DNA from: Candidatus Saccharimonadales bacterium
GTDB lineage: Bacteria; Patescibacteriota; Saccharimonadia; Saccharimonadales; JAYRRP01
Assembly (NCBI GenBank): GCA_041910055.1
Contig: JAYRRP010000002.1
Location: forward strand, 21,211 to 85,210
Reading direction: 5' to 3'
Length of the DNA stretch: 64,000 nt
Below the pieces are notes generated by a model that had not been told where the DNA came from, searched no databases, and worked only from the letters and a program-made list of their open reading frames with translations. Of the stretch, positions 18,278-27,409 are shown piece after piece. A program made the position numbers and the translations under genes. Position 1 is the first letter of the stretch. Each line of letters begins with the position of its first letter.

Positions 18278-18892
18278 CTATACTCGTTTTAGCATACCAT
18301 CATTACGACGGATGAACTCTTCAGTGTCTGACACTAAAGTTGTGTCGTCAGCATGATCAGCCGTTTTTCCGGCTTGCGATACATATAAAACATCTTTAAA
18401 AATCTCAAAATTATAACCCTTGCAGAAATCAACAAATTGCTGCATATTCACTGGCTCTAAAACCTGTCGCAATTCCACCTGTTTACCAGGTGTGCAGTAA
18501 ACCTTGAAATAATCCGGAAAGTCACCCTCCAGCTCAGCTGGCTCCAATAAATTGTTGGACACTCTTTCCGCCAACAATTTCAAAAGCAGGCTGTTCTCTC
18601 CAACTGCGACAATATGCAAATTGGTATTCCGTGGCAATGTCACGAGGAGCATGACATCTCCAGCTGAGTTGGTCAACAAATTGTAAGGGTACTTCGCAAT
18701 GCTCCCTTTTGCCATTGATTGACTGGAAGCATTCAACTGTCGCGAAGAAATCACCGGGTCATCGTAGCGGTTGGCGATAATTGTCGGGGTAACTTTATAA
18801 TGCCAATAAATTGACCTGAGCAGCATGTACAAGCCAACCAACATAAGAATGGCAAGTGATAACCGCCAGTCCCCACCGCCATAATATCCCAT
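18278..18892 (-). CDS. Hypothetical membrane-anchored protein (possibly DUF3137-like)
   Basis: 204 aa with an N-terminal TM (LSLAILMLVGLYMLL). The segment LEPAELEGDFPDYFKVYCTPGKQVELRQVLEPVNMQQFVDF resembles, from memory, the DUF3137 pattern (E..F...F.VY.......R.LL.P..M). This is low-confidence. Confidence 0.45.
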   Translation of the reverse strand: MGYYGGGDWRLSLAILMLVGLYMLLRSIYWHYKVTPTIIANRYDDPVISSRQLNASSQSMAKGSIAKYPYNLLTNSAGDVMLLVTLPRNTNLHIVAVGENSLLLKLLAERVSNNLLEPAELEGDFPDYFKVYCTPGKQVELRQVLEPVNMQQFVDFCKGYNFEIFKDVLYVSQAGKTADHADDTTLVSDTEEFIRRNDGMLKRV

Positions 18893-18913
18893 GTAATTAG
18901 CACCTTCGCATGG

Positions 18914-20224
18914 TTAAAATTTCAGTGCTTCGAACAACCCATTGGCATTGATACGTTTTTGCGTAGTGGTATCTCGATCTCGCACTGTTACGGTGTTATC
19001 TTCAAGTGTTTGAAAATCTATCGTCACACAATACGGCGTACCAATTTCATCTTGCCGACGATAGCGCTTGCCAATGTTGCCATTATCGTCCCACATGACA
19101 AATGTAAAGTTTTTTTGCAGTGACTTATATATCTCCCGAGCTCTGGAGATTAATTCCGCTCTGTTTTTTAAAAGTGGTGAGACGGCAATTTTTACTGGTG
19201 CAAGTTTTGGTGGTAATTTTAAGACTAAACGTGTCTCTCCGTTAATCTCATCTTTTGTAAACGCCTGGCTAAGTACTGCCAGTACATGCCGGTCTAAGCC
19301 CCATGTTGGTTCAATGACGTGCGGTGTAAAGGAATCGCTACCGTCTTTGGGGCGATACATCAAATTTTTACCGGAATGCTTTTGGTGATTTGCAAGATCA
19401 AAGTCTGTTCTGTATGCCAACCCGCCGATTTCATCAAAACCTAGTGTTGGGAATTCATACAGAAAATCTACTGTCCGCTTGCTGTAGTGTGCTCGGTCTG
19501 ACGCCGGCACTTCTTCTGTTTTAATTTTTCCTGCCGGTAAACCAAGCTGTTCAAACCAAAGCTGGAAATCATTCTGCCATTTCTCGAAAGCCTCTTGCCA
19601 TTTATCTGGATGGACAAAGTACTCCAATTCCATAATCTCAAATTCCCGAACCCTAAAAACAAAATCCCGCGGACTAATTTCATTACGGAAAGCTTTGCCT
19701 GACTGTGCAATGCCAAATGGCAAGTCTGGTTGAAAGACATCGACGATATTCTTAAAGTTTGTAAACATGCCCTGGGCGGTTTCGCCGCGCAAATACGTCG
19801 CATTGGCCTCGTCTTGTATGGGGCCAACGTGGGTTTTGAATAATAAGTTAAACTGCCGTGCCTCACCAAAAGTATCACTTTGTCCGCAATTTGGGCAGCG
19901 GCTGGTGTCAATCTTGTCTTGCCGAAACCGCATATGACAATGTGCGCATTCGACAAGTGGATCGTTGAAAGTTTCGACATGACCGCTCGCATGCCAAACC
20001 TGCGGATTCATTAGTATGGCCGACTCAATTTCATACATATCATCCCAGCCATCAACAAAAAGCTTATGCCAGAGTTCAGATATATTCCGCTTTAGTTGCA
20101 CACCGAGCGGACCATAATCCCATGTACCGGCAAGTCCACCATAAATCTCTGACCCTTGGTATATAAAACCACGTCGTTTTGCCAGACTTACCAAGTCTTC
20201 AAGCGTCGTTTCTTGTTTTTCCAT
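18914..20224 (-). CDS. glyQS: Glycine--tRNA ligase (alpha2 / GlyQS type)
   Basis: I start it at ATG 20224 (MEKQETTLEDLVSLAKRRGFIYQGSEIYGGLAGTWDYGPLG, the canonical N-terminus). It has a class II core and a C-terminal anticodon-binding domain. The track ORF begins 36 nt further upstream. Confidence 0.92.
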   Translation of the reverse strand: MEKQETTLEDLVSLAKRRGFIYQGSEIYGGLAGTWDYGPLGVQLKRNISELWHKLFVDGWDDMYEIESAILMNPQVWHASGHVETFNDPLVECAHCHMRFRQDKIDTSRCPNCGQSDTFGEARQFNLLFKTHVGPIQDEANATYLRGETAQGMFTNFKNIVDVFQPDLPFGIAQSGKAFRNEISPRDFVFRVREFEIMELEYFVHPDKWQEAFEKWQNDFQLWFEQLGLPAGKIKTEEVPASDRAHYSKRTVDFLYEFPTLGFDEIGGLAYRTDFDLANHQKHSGKNLMYRPKDGSDSFTPHVIEPTWGLDRHVLAVLSQAFTKDEINGETRLVLKLPPKLAPVKIAVSPLLKNRAELISRAREIYKSLQKNFTFVMWDDNGNIGKRYRRQDEIGTPYCVTIDFQTLEDNTVTVRDRDTTTQKRINANGLFEALKF

Positions 20225-20287
20225 TCTCTTAAGTATCAGCAATTTACTTATAAGAATCAAGCCACGATTGTAGGCAGCTAAATCTCA

Positions 20288-20842
20288 TTATCCTCTCGTA
20301 GTACCATTACGCTTTGTCTTCTCTATCAATTCCTTCATTATGTCATTTAGTTGTTTGGCTTCGGTCTCCCCCGCTAACCCATAAAAAGGTTCATGGGTCA
20401 TTGTAGTATCATTCAACTCCGTTGATCTTTTCCAATAAATCTGTGGTTTATCTGAGGTTGTACTCTCCAACATATACATGAGATATTGCTTATCTTCTTC
20501 ATGCTTCGCTGTCAGTCGAGGTAAGCCTTCCACCGCCAGCTCGGCTACATCATACTCGTCTTTACTGGTGAGTCGCTGAAGCATTAACTTGGCGTGCCAG
20601 CCATATTCCTGAGGATCTGCCGCTACATGCAAGGCAAGCATAGTATCTTCTTGGGGATCAACATACTCAATCAGCGTGTGAATTGGAGTTTCAAATCCTG
20701 ATAGATAGACCGGCTCTGCACAGTAATGACGTTTACCAAGTAAAACACATGAATGAGCAAGTAAATCGTAGGTCTCCTCTGTTAAAGGAGGTGCGAGCTC
20801 ATTACTAGCATAAGCAAATAACTCAGACTCTGGTGAAGACAT
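20288..20842 (-). CDS. Hypothetical acidic protein (184 aa)
   Basis: ORF preceded by an AT-rich 74-nt gap and a GAGG-type SD. No motif recognised. Confidence 0.5.
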   Translation of the reverse strand: MSSPESELFAYASNELAPPLTEETYDLLAHSCVLLGKRHYCAEPVYLSGFETPIHTLIEYVDPQEDTMLALHVAADPQEYGWHAKLMLQRLTSKDEYDVAELAVEGLPRLTAKHEEDKQYLMYMLESTTSDKPQIYWKRSTELNDTTMTHEPFYGLAGETEAKQLNDIMKELIEKTKRNGTTRG

Positions 20843-20916
20843 ATCAATACCTCATTACGGAAAAATTAAAAGCAATAATTTTAATATTATCGCTCTATTT
20901 TGATGTAATTACAAAT

Positions 20917-21597
20917 CTAGGGCCGGACAAACTTCGTACCTACGCGCCGCGCAAGATCAAAGCAATCATTAGTAATTAGTTCTACCCCAGTAATGCGCCC
21001 CAGTGTCTGGGGCGAGGACGCTGATACAGCAACCCTTAAAAGCTTAATATGATTCGGCGTAAACCTACCCCTGTTGTCAGGCCGGAATTCCATAGCTTCA
21101 CCCGCGTCAAACGTATAACGTGCTGCATCTGTCTGGCGTACTTTAAATGATGGCAAATGCCCACTCAGTTTTAGGAATTGCAACCAGAACCACAAGCCAG
21201 TTAATTTACTATCCCGCGAAGTTTCATCAAGTGCAGCAAGTGCTTTATGTAATAGATCATAGTACTCCTGTCCGCCTCCCTCTTCGGTTGTCCGGTCAAT
21301 AGTTTTTAGTAACTCATACCCTGTCTGCAAATGATCTGCGTCTTTAATGATATTGCCAAAGTGCGAAGCAAGTCTTGAAGAAATAAGGGTGTATATTTCA
21401 CTGCGCCCTTTCATAATAGTGAGGCTGCTTATGCTGAAAAGTTCAATGCCGCCAGACAGTTTGCTTTTAGCTTTCCTCACACCTTTAGCAATAATTCTTA
21501 ATTTTCCTTGGTCAGGAGTTATAACTGCCAGTATCCGGTCTGCTTCTGCAAAATTTATCCTTGAGAGAATAATGCCGCTGGTAACAATTTGATTCAT
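20917..21597 (-). CDS. recO: DNA repair protein RecO
   Basis: I start it at ATG 21597 (MNQIVTSGIILSRINFAEADRILAVITPDQGKLRIIAKGVRKAKSKL, a RecO OB-fold N-terminus). The start forms an ATGA overlap with the stop of the upstream receiver gene. Confidence 0.8.
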   Translation of the reverse strand: MNQIVTSGIILSRINFAEADRILAVITPDQGKLRIIAKGVRKAKSKLSGGIELFSISSLTIMKGRSEIYTLISSRLASHFGNIIKDADHLQTGYELLKTIDRTTEEGGGQEYYDLLHKALAALDETSRDSKLTGLWFWLQFLKLSGHLPSFKVRQTDAARYTFDAGEAMEFRPDNRGRFTPNHIKLLRVAVSASSPQTLGRITGVELITNDCFDLARRVGTKFVRP

Positions 21598-21968
21598 GCC
21601 GTGAGACAGATATTTTCTACCATGCGAGTTAGGTGGACAAGCTTGGCGTTTGGTTTGTAAAGGTACAGCGCCTTTAGCTGTCGCCATTGATCATTGTCAT
21701 TCATGGATTTAAGCGGTATTGCGCCTAGGGCAATCACCGGTATATCACGGCAGTCTCGGTATGATCGCAATTCATATAAAAATTCAATACCATTATGCAA
21801 CGGCATACTTATATCTAAAACAATAATATCTGGGATTTGATGATCCACTGTCGCTATCGCAGCCTGCGCACTTGTTTTCCAGATCACCTCATGGCCCTGG
21901 ACTTGAAAAGCTCGGGAGTAGCTGTGGCCCAAAATTATGTCGGGTTCCACTAAAAGTATGCGGACCAT
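21594..21968 (-). CDS. Stand-alone receiver (REC) domain protein, partly degenerate
   Basis: 124 aa. MVRILLVEPD (E-P-D instead of the usual acidic pair), phospho-acceptor context IIVLDISMP, conserved Lys-Pro (YKP). The usual Thr/Ser position reads VIALGA. Confidence 0.75.
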   Translation of the reverse strand: MVRILLVEPDIILGHSYSRAFQVQGHEVIWKTSAQAAIATVDHQIPDIIVLDISMPLHNGIEFLYELRSYRDCRDIPVIALGAIPLKSMNDNDQWRQLKALYLYKPNAKLVHLTRMVENICLTA

Positions 21969-21972
21969 ATAA

Positions 21973-22734
21973 TTAGATCAAGCTCAGTTGGCCAGCGGGC
22001 ATCAAGGTTGCCGCTAAGCCTGTTAATTTTTGGTGCTGGGCCACTCGCAAGCCACTCGACATATGGGTTAATAGTGCTTCTGCAAGATAGACTGCGCCAC
22101 CGTTTGCAGCAAAATGTGGTAGCGGTTGTTTGACATTACCAAGTAGGGTGCGGCCACGTCGAAGCATTTGATTCGTTAAAGGAATCTCGGACTTCGCAAA
22201 GAGCCCTGCTACAATCCCCCCCCTACTACGATGTGAACCAAGTTTCACCACCGAACGTTTCTCCGCAGTGCTTGCCTGATTTTCGATGAATAGACTACCC
22301 AAAGATAGCAAGGCTGCTTGCAGACCTCGCCGATGGACAAGAACCGGCTCATAACGTCCGCTCATGTGTAACTCAATATCGCAATTATATTCTTGGCCAA
22401 AAGAAGAAAGTTGATGAGCAGTATCATTAAGGACAGCGCTGATCGCCACTGGTTCGAGTGTTATACCTTGTGCTAGTTCTAGGCTCAGCAAATAGTTGTC
22501 GATAAAGCGGTGGGCATGATCAGCAATTCCCTCTATAGCAGTAAGTGCTGAATCAGCCTCATTGGTGATTTTACCAAGCTCTGCCCGCCGAGCAATCTGG
22601 ATAAGTGGTAACTGCAGGCCAGCTGCTACCGCAAACAATAAGCGTTGTTTAGTGTCTTCATTCTGATCCGTCTCAACATGCGAAATTGGCACGCGAAATC
22701 CCTCTCTTCGTTTCCCTAATGCCCAGTATAACAA
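21973..22734 (-). CDS. Soluble histidine-kinase-like protein lacking the catalytic signatures (pseudo-HK)
   Basis: 253 aa with no TM. It is collinear with HisKA+HATPase_c but degenerate. The H-box position reads AAGLQLPL (versus SHELRTPL). The N-box reads LLSLGSLFIENQ. The G1 position reads VAGLFAK and G2 reads GGAVYLAEA. The start codon (TTG 22734) is uncertain. Confidence 0.45.
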   Translation of the reverse strand: MLYWALGKRREGFRVPISHVETDQNEDTKQRLLFAVAAGLQLPLIQIARRAELGKITNEADSALTAIEGIADHAHRFIDNYLLSLELAQGITLEPVAISAVLNDTAHQLSSFGQEYNCDIELHMSGRYEPVLVHRRGLQAALLSLGSLFIENQASTAEKRSVVKLGSHRSRGGIVAGLFAKSEIPLTNQMLRRGRTLLGNVKQPLPHFAANGGAVYLAEALLTHMSSGLRVAQHQKLTGLAATLMPAGQLSLI

Positions 22735-22740
22735 TTCTAA

Positions 22741-23403
22741 CTATGGTACAAAAGTGAGATTTGCCAAGACAATACTATCAAGATCCGGCGTGAACTGACT
22801 GGATTCTGTCCATATTTTCAGTGTTTTATCGCGAGAGGGTAGTAATATTATAGTCCCTTGTTTTTTAGGAAATATTTCTCCCTCTAAACGTGTTCCAGTG
22901 ACTCCAGGCACTTTGGGTGCTTTATAGGAAGTAGATTTGACTCTGCCGGTTTTTACGTAAGATGCATAGAACTTTACTTCTTGGTCATAAGGTTTCTCAC
23001 TCACTTGCACCCTGATAGCAAAATTCGTACCTGAACTTACGCCAGGAACATAATCCGGATGGAAGTAACCATCTACCGGATTTGCGGTTGCCGCATTCTC
23101 ACTTACGTAGCCACTCCAAGTTTTCGGATAATTTATACTCACCGTACCATACGCTGCGGGCGAAATATAATTTCGGTAAGGCTGCTTTTCTTTTTCTTCC
23201 CATTCTTTATCTTTTTCTTTTTTAGTTGTTTCGGTAGCATCTGCCACTGCTGCACTTATTTTTTGGTCAGTATTGTTCTTGTAATCCTGCCGACCCATGA
23301 AAGCCCACACCCCAAATCCAACTGCTCCTAAAAATAAAACTATAAATACTATCATGAAAACCAACGTCAAGCTGACTTCGCCGCGCCGGTCTATTTGTTT
23401 CAT
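22741..23403 (-). CDS. Membrane-anchored extracytoplasmic protein, hypothetical
   Basis: I start it at ATG 23403 (MKQIDRRGEVSLTLVFMIVFIVLFLGAVGFGVWAF). It has a single N-terminal TM, a Lys/Glu-rich linker and a beta-rich C-terminal domain. It is the first gene of the pseudo-HK/REC/recO array. Confidence 0.5.
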   Translation of the reverse strand: MKQIDRRGEVSLTLVFMIVFIVLFLGAVGFGVWAFMGRQDYKNNTDQKISAAVADATETTKKEKDKEWEEKEKQPYRNYISPAAYGTVSINYPKTWSGYVSENAATANPVDGYFHPDYVPGVSSGTNFAIRVQVSEKPYDQEVKFYASYVKTGRVKSTSYKAPKVPGVTGTRLEGEIFPKKQGTIILLPSRDKTLKIWTESSQFTPDLDSIVLANLTFVP

Positions 23404-23448
23404 ACCGGTTATGGTAACTGAGAAGTTTAGCCTACGCAAGTTTTGGTG

Positions 23449-23664
23449 CTAGTTTGTATCCTCTGTATCATTCTGTAAACGAACTTTTTTTATCTGGTTT
23501 TGAGCTGTTTGTAAATATTTTCGCATCTGCTTGACTATTTCCGTGCCTCGTTTATAAAGAGCCATTGTTTCATCCAGCCCAAGCTCCCCTGTTTGCATAT
23601 GATAGATAATCGATTCGAGTTCATCATTGAGGCTGGTATAGTCAGTTTTCTTAGTCTGAGTCAT
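23449..23664 (-). CDS. xseB: Exodeoxyribonuclease VII small subunit
   Basis: 71 aa helical protein (LNDELESIIYHMQTGELGLDETMALYKRGTEIVKQMRKYL) with a 4-nt overlap with xseA. Confidence 0.85.
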   Translation of the reverse strand: MTQTKKTDYTSLNDELESIIYHMQTGELGLDETMALYKRGTEIVKQMRKYLQTAQNQIKKVRLQNDTEDTN

Positions 23665-24791
23665 AATCTATTTTTTATTGTAACTCTCTTTATCGAGACA
23701 TCAGCCTGCCCGTCATGCATCAGTATCTCTATTTGCTGTTTGGGAGACAATTGTGCGGCACTTCTAAAAGTCTGCTGACCATCACGTAAAACAGCATATC
23801 CACGCTTCAAGATACGTGAGGGGCTTAAAGCCTCCAATAGCTGGCTCTTTGCTGACAATTCTTCCTCTTTATCGCGCATATAAGTAGTCGCAGCGCGCTC
23901 TAGGTTAGCAAACTGGGCGGTAAAGTCCATATTCAAAGCATCTAGAAATGAAGTCATCGAATGGTAAAGCTGTTTTTCCGTAGTGAGAAGATGGGCCAAC
24001 TCATGCACCTTATCAGGTAATAAAATCTCGGCAGCATTACTTGGTGTACTGGCACGCTGATCAGCCGCAAGTTCAGCAAGACTGACATCTGTCTCATGCC
24101 CAATTGCCACTAAAGTTGGTATGCGACTCGAAGCCACCGCGCGGGTGACTTGCTCAGAATTATAAGCCGCCAAATCGTCTGCACTCCCACCCCCGCGAAT
24201 AATGACCAGCGTATCGGCTAGTTCAGCTTGATTATTAAAACCCGTAATAGCACGGCAGATTTGTTCGATTGCTACGTCACCTTGAACTTGTACATCCGCT
24301 ACATGAATATCAAGACCACTCCACCGTTGACCACTTACCTTTACAAAGTCGGCATAGGCAGCAGATTCTATCGAGGTAATCAGGCCTATACGCTCAGGCA
24401 GATAAGGCAGTGGCCTCTTGCGTGCAGCATCAAATAGTCCTTCGGCTTCCAGTTTTGATTGCAGCAAAGACGCTGTTTTTTTCAATGTCCCCTCCCCGAC
24501 GGGTCGAATAGTCCTAAAATTAAAACTAAAGCTATACAGTGGGTGTAATCGTGGAACGCCAGTCACTCGCACTGTCATTCCGTCTTCTAAAGGACCTGGC
24601 AATTGATAAACTGAGCCAAAACAACGCAGACTGGCCGTTTCATCTTTGAGATCGAAATAAACCCATTTATTTTTACTGAGCCGAAAATTGGCCAACTCAC
24701 CCACCACTCCTACCTGAGGGTAGGCAATCTCAAGGCTCTGGTTTAGAACCGCCACAAAGTCACTAACAGATAGAACCGGCTCAGATCTCAT
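23661..24791 (-). CDS. xseA: Exodeoxyribonuclease VII large subunit
   Basis: 376 aa. N-terminal OB fold (VSDFVAVLNQSLEIAYPQVGVVGELANF) and catalytic core (IIRGGGSADDLAAYNSE, PTLVAIGHETD). Confidence 0.9.
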   Translation of the reverse strand: MRSEPVLSVSDFVAVLNQSLEIAYPQVGVVGELANFRLSKNKWVYFDLKDETASLRCFGSVYQLPGPLEDGMTVRVTGVPRLHPLYSFSFNFRTIRPVGEGTLKKTASLLQSKLEAEGLFDAARKRPLPYLPERIGLITSIESAAYADFVKVSGQRWSGLDIHVADVQVQGDVAIEQICRAITGFNNQAELADTLVIIRGGGSADDLAAYNSEQVTRAVASSRIPTLVAIGHETDVSLAELAADQRASTPSNAAEILLPDKVHELAHLLTTEKQLYHSMTSFLDALNMDFTAQFANLERAATTYMRDKEEELSAKSQLLEALSPSRILKRGYAVLRDGQQTFRSAAQLSPKQQIEILMHDGQADVSIKRVTIKNRL

Positions 24792-25827
24792 TGTTTTCGT
24801 CGCTATTTAAAGCAGTGTGATAAAAATAGTAACCAGGCGGCAATTGGATGGCCATATTTAATACTCGATACATCACCGTAACTGGCAGGCTCACACCCGG
24901 AGGTATACCACCCGCTGCCATGACAGCCGTCATAAGAGCTTCGTAAATACCGACCCCGCCGGGTAAGACCGAAATAAGTCCGGCAATATTTGCCACCGCA
25001 TAGGCGAGAATAACCGCCCCGGGATTAACCCAATGCCCGAAAGCAATGTAGACCACATAGATGGTAAGAACCTCACACAGATTTGCCAACAACGCAAACC
25101 CAACCGGTTTCTTAAAATGACGATACTTCCCTTTGAGGGCCACGTAGTTATTATGAAATTCAGTAAATAAGCTGCGGACCTGGGCGATTTCAATCGTTTC
25201 TGGATGCTTCGGCCGGAAAATCTGGATTAATTTATTGAGCAAACGTGTCATAAAGGTAAAGAAGCCGTTTATTCTTTTTTTGCTACCTATAATAATGCCA
25301 AAACCGATAGTAATCACAATGAGTAAGGTTGCTAAGGACCCACCGATGAGAATCATTAATTGACTGGCTTTTCCATCAAGTGCTAATAAGAACAATCCTA
25401 TAAATAGAAACACTTCAAATGATACCCATAGCATAAGCATCTTCATCATATGTACTAGTGTTGCCCGGCCAGCCCGTACGTTTTGAGTACGCATTCGCAC
25501 ACCGGCATAAGAAAATCCTGACACTCCCCCTGTGGGAAAAGCATTATTGACTAAATTCAACTCCAGCGACAGACGATAGAGGAACCAAACGTTAATACGA
25601 TCTCCCAGTAAAGCGAATAGATTCCTGTAGAGCTGAGCCTGGCCGTAATAGTTGAGTGCCTGAAGCGGTACCATTAAAAGCAAAACAACTGCGTTGATAC
25701 GGGTAAGATTTTGCATCGTGTCATAAATCTGATGGCGCAATGCATAAGCCAGACCAACTAATGCCAAGACGGTCACTACGTTGACGATCAGCTTCCAACG
25801 TCGCCTGAAAAAATGCGGTTCACTCAT
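24781..25827 (-). CDS. Polytopic membrane protein, LPG-synthase-TM / flippase-like (UPF0104) family
   Basis: 348 aa with about 8 TM segments. The N-terminus RRRWKLIVNVVTVLALVGLAYALRHQI is typical of this family. The assignment is from general pattern only. Confidence 0.5.
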   Translation of the reverse strand: MSEPHFFRRRWKLIVNVVTVLALVGLAYALRHQIYDTMQNLTRINAVVLLLMVPLQALNYYGQAQLYRNLFALLGDRINVWFLYRLSLELNLVNNAFPTGGVSGFSYAGVRMRTQNVRAGRATLVHMMKMLMLWVSFEVFLFIGLFLLALDGKASQLMILIGGSLATLLIVITIGFGIIIGSKKRINGFFTFMTRLLNKLIQIFRPKHPETIEIAQVRSLFTEFHNNYVALKGKYRHFKKPVGFALLANLCEVLTIYVVYIAFGHWVNPGAVILAYAVANIAGLISVLPGGVGIYEALMTAVMAAGGIPPGVSLPVTVMYRVLNMAIQLPPGYYFYHTALNSDENNEI

Positions 25828-25877
25828 ATCTGATGCAACCTATTATATCTGCTGTTTGCGCGTATACTAAATAGATT

Positions 25878-27077
25878 ATGTCTCAAACTCTGTGTATTCT
25901 CGGACGTCAGTCTACGCTCAGCCTAGCTGAACTGGAAGCCTTGTGTGGCGCAGATAACTTGCATCCTATTGGACAAGTAGCAGCTCTGATCGATACCGAT
26001 CCAGCTACCATTGACTTTAGCCGTTTGGGTGGTACTGTTAAGTTTTGCAAACTCCTCGCTAAAATAGCGTCTCCCAAGTGGACAGAGGTTGAAGCCTATC
26101 TTTCCCAAGCGATTCCCCCACACTTGTCCGCAATGCCACCGGGAAAGTTACAGTTTGGCCTCAGCGTCTATGGGTTTGACATTACACCCGCACAAATCAA
26201 TGCTACGGGTTTAAGGCTTAAAAAAGTAATCCGTTCCCATGGGAAGTCTGTCCGGGTTGTCGCCAACACTGCACCTGCCCTCACCAGCGCCCAGGTATTA
26301 CATAATAAACTCACCCACCGGGGATCATGGGAGCTTGTCATTGTGAGAGATGGCAACCAAACATTCTTAGCCCAAAATATCGCTGAACAGGATATCGAAG
26401 CTTACTCGCGTCGTGACCAGCAACGACCAAAACGCGACAGTCGAGTTGGTATGCTTCCACCTAAACTGGCCCAAATTATTGTAAATCTCTCTGGTGCGAG
26501 ACCTCATGACACTCTCTGGGATCCATTTTGCGGTACGGGAGTACTTCTACAAGAAGCACTACTTATGTCTATGGAAGTCTGCGGCAGCGACCTCGATTCT
26601 CGAATGATTGACTACAGCCAAACGAACCTAAGATGGTTACAAGAAAAAATTCCTGACATTTGTGGGAAAGACATGAGAGGGTCATTTGCATTAAAAACGG
26701 CGGACGCCCGTACAGTACAATTCACTCCTACTTTCGAAAAAGCATTAAGCGTCATTGCCAGCGAGACATATCTTGGCCATCCCTTCCACTCTGCACCTAA
26801 AGAAGAATTACTCCAAAAAACTATGCAGGAGGTTGATACTCTTCACCTCAAGTTCCTGCAAAACCTTTGTCGTCAAACCAAACCCGGTTTTCAGCTTTGT
26901 TTGGCAGTACCTGCCTGGCACATTCACGGAAAGGTTCATCACCTTAGAGTGCTTGATTCCCTACCGAAGTTAGGGTATACTCGGCAGAGTTTTGTTCACG
27001 CAACTGACCGAGAGCTTATTTATCATCGGCCTCAACAAATAGTCGGTCGTGAACTGGTAGTACTAGTAAGGAAGTAA
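25878..27077 (+). CDS. Putative SAM-dependent RNA methyltransferase (UPF0020/Trm11-like)
   Basis: 399 aa. It has the SAM motif I context PPKLAQIIVNLSG...LWDPFCGTGVLLQEA. The motif IV position reads SETYLG rather than DPPYG. Confidence 0.5.
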   Translation: MSQTLCILGRQSTLSLAELEALCGADNLHPIGQVAALIDTDPATIDFSRLGGTVKFCKLLAKIASPKWTEVEAYLSQAIPPHLSAMPPGKLQFGLSVYGFDITPAQINATGLRLKKVIRSHGKSVRVVANTAPALTSAQVLHNKLTHRGSWELVIVRDGNQTFLAQNIAEQDIEAYSRRDQQRPKRDSRVGMLPPKLAQIIVNLSGARPHDTLWDPFCGTGVLLQEALLMSMEVCGSDLDSRMIDYSQTNLRWLQEKIPDICGKDMRGSFALKTADARTVQFTPTFEKALSVIASETYLGHPFHSAPKEELLQKTMQEVDTLHLKFLQNLCRQTKPGFQLCLAVPAWHIHGKVHHLRVLDSLPKLGYTRQSFVHATDRELIYHRPQQIVGRELVVLVRK

Positions 27078-27079
27078 TA

Positions 27080-27352
27080 ATGAGTAAGACTAAAGCAGGC
27101 GGATCCAGCAAAAACGTACATGATAGCCCCGGCCAACGACTGGGAGTAAAGCTATACGGTGGTCAAAAAGTAAAAACTGGTCAGATTATTGTGCGCCAAG
27201 TGGGCATGACGAAACGTGCAGGTGAAGGCACAAAGTTAAGCCGTAACTACACTATTCACGCTGCACGCGACGGTATTGTGACCTATAAAAGTCGTAAGGT
27301 GCGCCGTTTCACCGGTAAAACTGTCCAACGTACTGAAGTTACAGTTCAGTAA
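27080..27352 (+). CDS. rpmA: 50S ribosomal protein L27
   Basis: 90 aa. MSKTKAGGSSKNVHDSPGQRLGVKLYGGQ is the canonical L27 N-terminus, with no Prp-type propeptide. Confidence 0.95.
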   Translation: MSKTKAGGSSKNVHDSPGQRLGVKLYGGQKVKTGQIIVRQVGMTKRAGEGTKLSRNYTIHAARDGIVTYKSRKVRRFTGKTVQRTEVTVQ

Positions 27353-27409
27353 AATTAAAATCTGGTGAAGTTAAAAATTCTGGTTCGAAGCCGGCCCTTT
27401 GTGAAGATT

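Noticed and set aside
19468-19992. 174-aa ORF in an alternative frame within glyQS
   Set aside because: It is nested in a well-supported aaRS gene, has no independent signals, and has an implausible composition.
21598-21687. Upstream extension of the recO ORF
   Set aside because: It lies inside the receiver gene. RecO homology begins at MNQIVTSGIILSR (ATG 21597), which forms an ATGA junction.
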